Assembly (NCBI GenBank): GCA_038064495.1
Contig: JBBTSZ010000002.1
Span: 280,934 to 344,933 of the forward strand
DNA: 64,000 nucleotides
Source of the DNA: Patescibacteria group bacterium
GTDB taxonomy: Bacteria; Patescibacteriota; Minisyncoccia; Phycocordibacterales; Phycocordibacteraceae
Direction: 5' to 3'
The translations under genes and the position numbers were made by a program. Of this stretch, positions 57,993-64,000 are shown one piece after another (the stretch's first letter is position 1; each line of letters opens with the position of its first letter). The notes below the pieces were generated by a model that did no database searches, was not told where the DNA came from, and worked only from the letters and a program-made list of their open reading frames with translations.

Positions 57993-59090
57993 ATGTTGAA
58001 AATTGGAATTGTCGGATTGCCAAACGTCGGGAAATCGACGCTTTTTAATGCACTCACCAAAGCTGCGGTGCCTGCGGAGAACTACCCGTTCTGCACCATT
58101 GACCCATCTGTTGGGGTCGTTGGCGTGCCAGATGAGCGCCTCCATAAGCTCGCTGAGCTTTCAAAGTCCGAAAAGACGATTCCGGCAGCCATTGAGTTCG
58201 TAGACATCGCAGGCCTAGTGAAAGGTGCCTCTGAAGGTGAAGGACTCGGAAACCAGTTTCTCTCAAACATTCGTGAGACAGACGCAATTCTCCAGATGGT
58301 TCGATTCTTTGAAGACCCGGATATTACCCATGTACATGGAGAAGTAGACCCGGTTCGGGATATTGAAGTTATTAATCTAGAACTCATCCTCGCTGACCAA
58401 GATTCGGTTCGAGGACGCCGTGAGCGTCTTTCCCGTGACGTGAAGATGAATATAAAAGAGGCGGTTGCAGAAGACGCGTCTCTTGCAAAAGTAGAAGAGT
58501 GTCTTTTGAAAGGAAAACTCGCTATTGTCGCCACCCTTACAGATGAAGAGAAGAAACTCATTAAGTCACTCAACTTACTTACGTTGAAACCGATTTTGTA
58601 TGCATTCAATGGGAAATCAGGCGGACACAACCTGGATGAGATGAATGACGGACGCGCTGAAAAGGCCTATGAGTACGTGGAATCACTCGGTGGGAAATAC
58701 GTCGCCATAGATGCACGCACCGAGCACGAATTGAACGATGTATCGGAAGATGACAAGGAAATGTTTCGTTCCGAGCTTGGTGTACAGGATGACGGTATTG
58801 CTGACCTTATCCGTGGAGCCTATACCATCCTCGGTCTCATTACGTTTTTTACGACCGGCCCCAAAGAAGCACGTGCATGGACGGTGAAGCGTGGGGCACT
58901 TGCGCCAGAGGCGGGTGCAGCTATTCACAATGACTTTAAGGATAAATTTATCCGTGCTGAAGTCGTTCAGTGGAACAAACTACTGGAAGACGGTTCGTGG
59001 AGTGCCGCACGCGATAAGGGTGACATTCGCACGGAGGGTAAGACGTACGAGACTAAAGACGGCGACGTCATGGTGTTCCTCCATAGCTAA
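57993..59090 (+). CDS. ychF: ribosome-binding ATPase YchF (Obg-family)
   Basis: G1 GIVGLPNVGKSTLFNALT and the TGS domain at the C-terminus. Confidence 0.9.
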   Translation: MLKIGIVGLPNVGKSTLFNALTKAAVPAENYPFCTIDPSVGVVGVPDERLHKLAELSKSEKTIPAAIEFVDIAGLVKGASEGEGLGNQFLSNIRETDAILQMVRFFEDPDITHVHGEVDPVRDIEVINLELILADQDSVRGRRERLSRDVKMNIKEAVAEDASLAKVEECLLKGKLAIVATLTDEEKKLIKSLNLLTLKPILYAFNGKSGGHNLDEMNDGRAEKAYEYVESLGGKYVAIDARTEHELNDVSEDDKEMFRSELGVQDDGIADLIRGAYTILGLITFFTTGPKEARAWTVKRGALAPEAGAAIHNDFKDKFIRAEVVQWNKLLEDGSWSAARDKGDIRTEGKTYETKDGDVMVFLHS

Positions 59091-59092
59091 AG

Positions 59093-59125
59093 AAAAACCC
59101 CAGACCACTACGGTCTGGGGTTTTG
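59093..59125 (+). terminator. bidirectional terminator
   Basis: An A-run, stem aaccccagacc/ggtctggggtt, then a T-run. Confidence 0.7.
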
Positions 59126-59143
59126 TGCGTGGGATGCCGGCAA

Positions 59144-59326
59144 TTACGCTTCGATGTCGCGGCCTGCGTGCGAGCGCGCCTGAATCTGACGATGGCGAGA
59201 AATTCGCTTTTCGCGTTCAAGGGCTTCGGCCTTGACGGCTGCCGGCTGCGCAGCACCCCTGCGTGAGAAGTCGGCAGGGATGCCGAAACGCTTCATATGG
59301 GCGACCTTGCGAGTAATGTAGTCCAT
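59144..59326 (-). CDS. small basic protein (60 aa)
   Basis: AGGGAG SD. Arg/Lys-rich sequence. Confidence 0.4.
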   Translation of the reverse strand: MDYITRKVAHMKRFGIPADFSRRGAAQPAAVKAEALEREKRISRHRQIQARSHAGRDIEA

Positions 59327-59562
59327 GACTATCTCCCTTAGTGAGATTGGAACACCCGAACCTCTGTATACTACTATACACCATATAGTAGTACTTGTCA
59401 AGTATGAGAAAGCTCCGAAGAGACTTTCTCGTCGGAGCTAAAAGAAGCGGGAAAGATTGATGATGGGTTCAAAGAACAGGTACGTTGTGTACTTAATTCG
59501 TTCCCATATAAAATAAACGAGCCTTCTCAAGATGCATCTCCCTTATGTTCAGATATGATTCA

Positions 59563-59757
59563 CTACCCTTGGTGTTCTTCGCAGAATGCCGTGTTCGCAT
59601 GAGCTTTGTTCGGACACCGACAGCCGCTGCCTGGGTGAGCAAATCGACATTTCCTATCGGTCGTATCCCTCTTCTCCTCCATTCTGCGTCGACGATGTCC
59701 ATCACTCACGCCAAGTTTCGTTCGTAATTGTGGGTCATGTAACGGGTAAAAGGTCAT
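59563..59757 (-). CDS. small Cys/His-rich protein (putative zinc-binding)
   Basis: AGGAGG SD. Shows C-x4-H-x4-C-x-C-x4-H-x6-C-x2-H. Confidence 0.35.
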   Translation of the reverse strand: MTFYPLHDPQLRTKLGVSDGHRRRRMEEKRDTTDRKCRFAHPGSGCRCPNKAHANTAFCEEHQG

Positions 59758-59859
59758 CGTTTCCTCCTGCACGTTTTCTGAGCTGAGTGTACCTCAATCA
59801 TTTTGAATTATCTAGATAGTCTCAAAAAAACGTCGCCCGACAAAGCGGGCGACAGGTAG

Positions 59860-60198
59860 TCAAGAATATACATGCATGGTGGGCGTCATATCGTCCCAAA
59901 AGTGTCGCTCGGAGCGCAATTCACCTAGTTCAATGCGGAGTTCATCTCCAATGAGGAAAAAACGCGGCTCAAGAAAATCAGCACGTCCCTTGAGAAAGAT
60001 GCGATGCATCTCAAGAAAGTGCACGGTCTGGTCCTGGGCCCTCCAAATAACCCCACGGTCAAATCGTTTTCCACCTCGCCAGACAACAATGTATTCACAT
60101 ATCCCGCACGACGCAGGAGGATGTAACTTATCTGTTGAGTGTATGGTCCCATCAGATTCTCGCCATTCAAACCCAAGCGTGGTCACGGTGATAATCAT
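59860..60198 (-). CDS. hypothetical protein
   Basis: GGGAGA SD. 112 aa. Confidence 0.35.
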   Translation of the reverse strand: MIITVTTLGFEWRESDGTIHSTDKLHPPASCGICEYIVVWRGGKRFDRGVIWRAQDQTVHFLEMHRIFLKGRADFLEPRFFLIGDELRIELGELRSERHFWDDMTPTMHVYS

Positions 60199-60246
60199 GA
60201 CTTTTCTCCCGTACAAGTACCTAATCGGAAAGTAACACACCCTGAA

Positions 60247-60282
60247 TAAAAAACACGCCGGTTCCTTGCGGAATCCGGCGTG
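60247..60282 (-). terminator. minus-strand terminator
   Basis: Stem cacgccgg(ttcc)/(ggaa)ccggcgtg followed by seven T on the minus strand. Confidence 0.65.
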
Positions 60283-60290
60283 CGTCTCGT

Positions 60291-60641
60291 CTAGCGAGCA
60301 TTGATGGGATTTGGCTCACACGTGGCCTCCTCGTACTGAGGTGGGTCCATGGCGTCCGAACGAGCCTCAACCTTGAAGTGATAGCCGACTGGGCACGTAA
60401 CCACAATGCGACCGTTCGACCACCTTTCCAGTCGTGGAGAGTTTGATACTGAGTACGCAGTACTCACCGCGCCTCCACCTGGATACAGGATTTTTGGTGA
60501 TTCAGGCCACTTTCCACTGGCGTCCATCCCGACCTTCTGCGCAATCTTGTTTTCGCTGTATATGGTAGCGATAACGAGTAAAGCAAGGACTGAGGCAACT
60601 ACTACCAGCGGTTCAAGCTCGTTCCATACTCTTTTATACAT
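60291..60641 (-). CDS. membrane-anchored or secreted hypothetical protein
   Basis: N-terminal hydrophobic helix. Followed by a strong terminator. Confidence 0.45.
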   Translation of the reverse strand: MYKRVWNELEPLVVVASVLALLVIATIYSENKIAQKVGMDASGKWPESPKILYPGGGAVSTAYSVSNSPRLERWSNGRIVVTCPVGYHFKVEARSDAMDPPQYEEATCEPNPINAR

Positions 60642-60708
60642 AAGAAGCCCTTTCTACAGATTTCAATTCCACTAAAGATTGTACGTTAAATTTGAAACAT
60701 GTCAAATA

Positions 60709-60915
60709 CTACACACCAAGACCTTGCAAGCTTGCTGAGTAGGAACTAATAAAAGCTGGAATAACAAAAAGGAGGCCAATAAGTGGAAGGAGGAAAAGGA
60801 CTACGGTGATAATCAAGGTCCACTGAAAATACTTTCGTGTCTTCTCTACCGATGCATAGACTGCTTCTACCTTGAGGGTGAGGTCTTGTAGTTTTTGAGA
60901 AAGGTCGGGTTCCAT
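60709..60915 (-). CDS. small membrane protein
   Basis: 68 aa with one TM helix. Confidence 0.3.
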   Translation of the reverse strand: MEPDLSQKLQDLTLKVEAVYASVEKTRKYFQWTLIITVVLFLLPLIGLLFVIPAFISSYSASLQGLGV

Positions 60916-60963
60916 AGTGTGCAGTATACGGCATGTCTAAAGATGTGGTATAATCTTGCCACT

Positions 60964-61953
60964 ATGGAAAACACAACTGCACCGGTAACCCCACTATCAG
61001 GTTCTAAAACTACCCCTAAGGATTTCTTCCTCTGGCTCGGAGCCATCATCGCGCTCTATGGAGCAATTACCTCAATCATTACGCTCTTGTTTGAATACGT
61101 AAACTATTCGTTCCCCGATCAGCTTGCAGGCTACGGTGACCCGTACGGTGGCTCGGTGCGTTTTGCCATGGCATCCCTTATCGTACTGGTTCCTACCACG
61201 GTCGTTCTGTTCCGTATTATTCGCGGCACGATTATTAAAGAGAGTGGTAAAGCATCTATATGGGTTCGTCGTTGGGCACTCGGTCTCACACTATTCATCG
61301 CAACCATCACCATCCTCATAGATTTGGTGTATCTCATCAACACCTTCCTGGGTGGCGAAATAACCACTCGTTTTGAACTCAAGGTTCTCATCATCCTTCT
61401 TGTTGCCGCCGGAGTGTTCATGCACTTCCTTGCGGACCTTCGCGGTTACTGGATAGAAAATGTACAGAAGGGAAATATGGTAGGTGTTGCGGTTGGTGTG
61501 CTCGCTATAGCGACCATTGTCGCTGGGTTCTTCATTGTTGGTTCACCAAGCCATGTGCGTGACCTTCGCTATGACGATCAGAAAGTAAGTGATCTCCAGA
61601 ATATTCAGTATCAACTCACCAACTATTTCCAGCAGAAGCGCGCACTCCCTAAAACGCTTGATGAGTTGAATGACCCATTGACGAACACCATTGTTCCCGT
61701 TGATGGTCAGACGGGAACGGCCTATACCTATGAGGTAAAGACGCCACTTTCCTTTAGTCTCTGCGCGACGTTTAATGCGCCGACACCAGACACTGCCGGA
61801 CGAGGTAACTACGGCAAGGACGTTTCCTATCCGCAACCGATAGGTCCTGACCCACTAAACGAGAATTGGAAGCATGGTGTCGGAGAAACCTGTTTTGATC
61901 GCACCATTGACCCAACCAAATACCCAGCAGTGCCAGCCGTAAAAGGTCTCTAG
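60964..61953 (+). CDS. membrane protein with four-TM N-terminal domain and extracytoplasmic C-terminal domain
   Basis: Start taken at MENTT. Several TM helices, then a soluble domain after a final TM helix. Confidence 0.5.
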   Translation: MENTTAPVTPLSGSKTTPKDFFLWLGAIIALYGAITSIITLLFEYVNYSFPDQLAGYGDPYGGSVRFAMASLIVLVPTTVVLFRIIRGTIIKESGKASIWVRRWALGLTLFIATITILIDLVYLINTFLGGEITTRFELKVLIILLVAAGVFMHFLADLRGYWIENVQKGNMVGVAVGVLAIATIVAGFFIVGSPSHVRDLRYDDQKVSDLQNIQYQLTNYFQQKRALPKTLDELNDPLTNTIVPVDGQTGTAYTYEVKTPLSFSLCATFNAPTPDTAGRGNYGKDVSYPQPIGPDPLNENWKHGVGETCFDRTIDPTKYPAVPAVKGL

Positions 61954-61968
61954 AGCACGGCATCACTC

Positions 61969-64000
61969 ATGGCCAAGGAAACGTTTGACCATAGTGATAT
62001 AGAAAAAAAGACCCAAGAAAAATGGGAGGCGCTTTCCCTCTACACCACTGACCTTACGGATACGGAAAAAGAGAAGTACTATCTTCTCTTTGAATTTCCG
62101 TATCCTTCCGGTGACCTTCACATCGGTCATTGGTATGCGTTTGCACTCACTGACATCTTTGCACGTAAAAAGCGTATGGAAGGGAAGAACGTCCTCTTCC
62201 CTATTGGATTTGATGCGTTTGGCCTTCCTGCTGAAAACGCCGCTATAAAGAATGGAGTGAATCCAAAGGACTGGACCGAGCAGAATATGGAAACGATGCG
62301 TGCACAGATTCGTACCATGGGTACGTCCGTGGACTGGTCTAAGGAGGTAGTGTCGTGTGACCCTGAGTACTACAAATGGACCCAGTGGCTTTTCACGAAA
62401 CTCTACGAACACAAACTCGCAGAGCGTAAAACAGCTCCGGTGAAGTGGTGCCCGAAAGACCAGACCGTACTTGCCAACGAACAGGTGATAGACGGCCGCT
62501 GCGAACGCTGCGGAAGTGAAGTAGAGGAAAAGAATCTTACCCAGTGGTTTCTCAAAATTACTGCGTACGCAGAAAGACTACTCGCCGACCTTGAACCCTT
62601 ACCGTGGCGAGAAGAAATTAAAGAAGCCCAGCGTGCTTGGATAGGTGAGTCTGAAGGTGCACACCTTACCTTTACGGCACACACGGGCGAGGCGGATGTC
62701 CTGCACCCTATTGAGGTATTCACGACGCGTCCTGACACGGTGTTTGGTGCGACCTATCTTGTGCTTGCTCCTGAGCATCCAAGTATTGATGTCTTGATTC
62801 AAGACGCTCTGAACGCGGACCTGGTTCGTGCCTATCAAAAAGAAACCGGTAAGAAAACGGAGCGCGAGCGTAGTGAAAACAAAGCAAAGACAGGTGTAGT
62901 ACTTGAGGGTATTACCGCAACTAATCCGGCTACCAAGGAAGAAGTCCCGGTATATATTGCAGACTATGTATTAAATAGCTACGGCACGGGTGCCGTGATG
63001 GCCGTACCGGCTCACGACGAGCGAGATTTTGAGTTTGCACAAAGATATGCGTTACCTGTTGTGCAGGTAATCGAACCTTCTTTTGTGGATGGAAAAAATC
63101 CTCATGTAGAAGGTAAAGAAGTAACTGATAGAAACGGCGTAATTGGTATTGTCCGAAATAAAAAAAACAATACGTACTTGTGTCTCGCTTGGAAACATGC
63201 AGATTGGACAACCTTCGTCACAGGAGGTATCGAAGAGGGTGAAGACGCACTTGAGGCTGCCAAACGAGAGATACTCGAGGAAACAGGGTATGGGGGTCTG
63301 GAATTTGTTGCCACCCTCGGAAATACACGCTCTGAGTTCTTTGCTTCACACAAAGAGGTGAATCGAATTGGACATACTACATCTTTTCTATTTGATCTTG
63401 TAAGTGATACGCAATCTGAAACTACGAGTGAGGAGAAGGCAAAACATGACGTACTTTGGCTTACAGAACAAGAAATGCATGCACGAGGAATGCGACACGC
63501 AGAATTCGACTATCTCTGGAAAAGAGTTACGGAAGGACTTCAAGCCTATACAGGTGACGGATACCTACTGAACTCGGAACAGTTTTCTGGGCGCGATAAT
63601 CGCGAAGTACTTGAAGAGATGGTTACGTATGCCGGCGGTGAATTCGTAAAGAACTACCGTCTGCGGGACTGGCTCGTCTCACGTCAGCGTTACTGGGGTT
63701 GTCCGATTCCGGTGGTCTACGACCCGGACGGTGAACCACATCTCGTTCCAGCAGATCACCTGCCGTGGCTTTTACCTGAGGACGTAGACCTTACGCCCGG
63801 CGCGCGTGGTGAGGGAACTTCGCCCCTTGCAACCTCCAAAGAGCTTAAGGAGCGTGTCACCCGCATCTTTGGTGAAGGCTGGACACCGGAATATGACACC
63901 TTAGACACCTTCGTAGATTCTTCATGGTATTTCCTCAGATACCTGACGCCTCGTGATGACCACACTTTTTCAGATCAGGGTCTTATGAAGAGTTGGCTTC
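61969..64000 (+). CDS. leuS: leucyl-tRNA synthetase, 3' truncated by window end, carrying an inserted Nudix domain
   Basis: Shows HIGHWYAFALTD, CP1/editing blocks (TGAVMAVPAHDERDFEFA) and NYRLRDWLVSRQRYWGCPIP. The frame is open to the window end. Confidence 0.9.
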   Translation, partial: MAKETFDHSDIEKKTQEKWEALSLYTTDLTDTEKEKYYLLFEFPYPSGDLHIGHWYAFALTDIFARKKRMEGKNVLFPIGFDAFGLPAENAAIKNGVNPKDWTEQNMETMRAQIRTMGTSVDWSKEVVSCDPEYYKWTQWLFTKLYEHKLAERKTAPVKWCPKDQTVLANEQVIDGRCERCGSEVEEKNLTQWFLKITAYAERLLADLEPLPWREEIKEAQRAWIGESEGAHLTFTAHTGEADVLHPIEVFTTRPDTVFGATYLVLAPEHPSIDVLIQDALNADLVRAYQKETGKKTERERSENKAKTGVVLEGITATNPATKEEVPVYIADYVLNSYGTGAVMAVPAHDERDFEFAQRYALPVVQVIEPSFVDGKNPHVEGKEVTDRNGVIGIVRNKKNNTYLCLAWKHADWTTFVTGGIEEGEDALEAAKREILEETGYGGLEFVATLGNTRSEFFASHKEVNRIGHTTSFLFDLVSDTQSETTSEEKAKHDVLWLTEQEMHARGMRHAEFDYLWKRVTEGLQAYTGDGYLLNSEQFSGRDNREVLEEMVTYAGGEFVKNYRLRDWLVSRQRYWGCPIPVVYDPDGEPHLVPADHLPWLLPEDVDLTPGARGEGTSPLATSKELKERVTRIFGEGWTPEYDTLDTFVDSSWYFLRYLTPRDDHTFSDQGLMKSWL
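63079..63560 (+). other. Nudix hydrolase domain inserted in-frame within leuS
   Basis: Perfect Nudix box GGIEEGEDALEAAKREILEETGY (GX5EX7REUXEEXGU), encoded from about 63220. It lies between LeuS blocks AHDERDFEFAQRYALPV and LLNSEQFSGRDNREV. Confidence 0.7.

Noticed and set aside
59091-59326. Calling the 60-aa basic protein ribosomal protein S21
   Set aside because: Basic composition and size fit, but I could not align the characteristic S21 motifs. Left as a hypothetical small basic protein.

Overview
This 64 kb window reads as a chromosomal segment of a small-genome bacterium. It is about 52-55% GC, densely packed with mostly plus-strand genes, and many genes are translationally coupled. 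The gene content and style are reminiscent of Patescibacteria/CPR-type genomes, but that is inference only: short ATP synthase delta and epsilon subunits, many tiny membrane proteins, ECF sigma with a DUF5667-like partner, and a giant wall protein with PG-binding domains. Housekeeping content I can support: a rsuA/rluB-family pseudouridine synthase, tgt, uvrB, uvrA, a short uvrC, ddl, pterin-4a-carbinolamine dehydratase, a complete F1Fo ATP synthase operon (a, c, b, delta, alpha, gamma, beta, epsilon), ychF, mltG, tRNA-Cys(GCA), tRNA-Ala(GGC) and a 3'-truncated leuS. Signalling content includes a FecR-domain protein paired with a CHASE2 adenylate cyclase, an ECF sigma cassette, and two histidine kinases, one of which is followed by two receiver-only response regulators. 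Transport and membrane content includes VIT1/CCC1, a CaCA Ca2+/H+ exchanger, TspO, SPFH, DUF1003, DUF2177 and DUF360 proteins. No integrase, transposase, CRISPR array or rRNA was seen. The four most unusual loci are as follows. (1) Between 13.6 and 19.9 kb there is a tandemly duplicated promoter/leader/gene/terminator unit encoding two divergent ~150-aa paralogs, each with a conserved 5' leader hairpin showing compensatory base changes. It is divergently adjacent to a four-gene operon headed by a TM-less TraD/VirD4-like coupling-protein ATPase with a ~450-aa novel N-terminal domain, followed by a bitopic proline-rich protein, a small protein and a membrane-anchored FKBP PPIase. (2) A ~5 kb compositionally mixed island starts right at tRNA-Cys and is centred on a 778-aa KAP-family P-loop NTPase. 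(3) A complete Nudix hydrolase domain, with a perfect Nudix box, is inserted in-frame inside leuS. (4) A 1212-aa secreted multidomain wall protein carries near-identical internal nucleotide repeats. Several promoter/terminator-bounded non-coding stretches and a perfect 19-bp palindrome are also flagged. I propose that loci (1)-(3) are the best candidates for the undescribed system the task hints at, with (1) the strongest for a multi-gene system. All functional calls come from my reading of translated motifs and have not been checked against any database.
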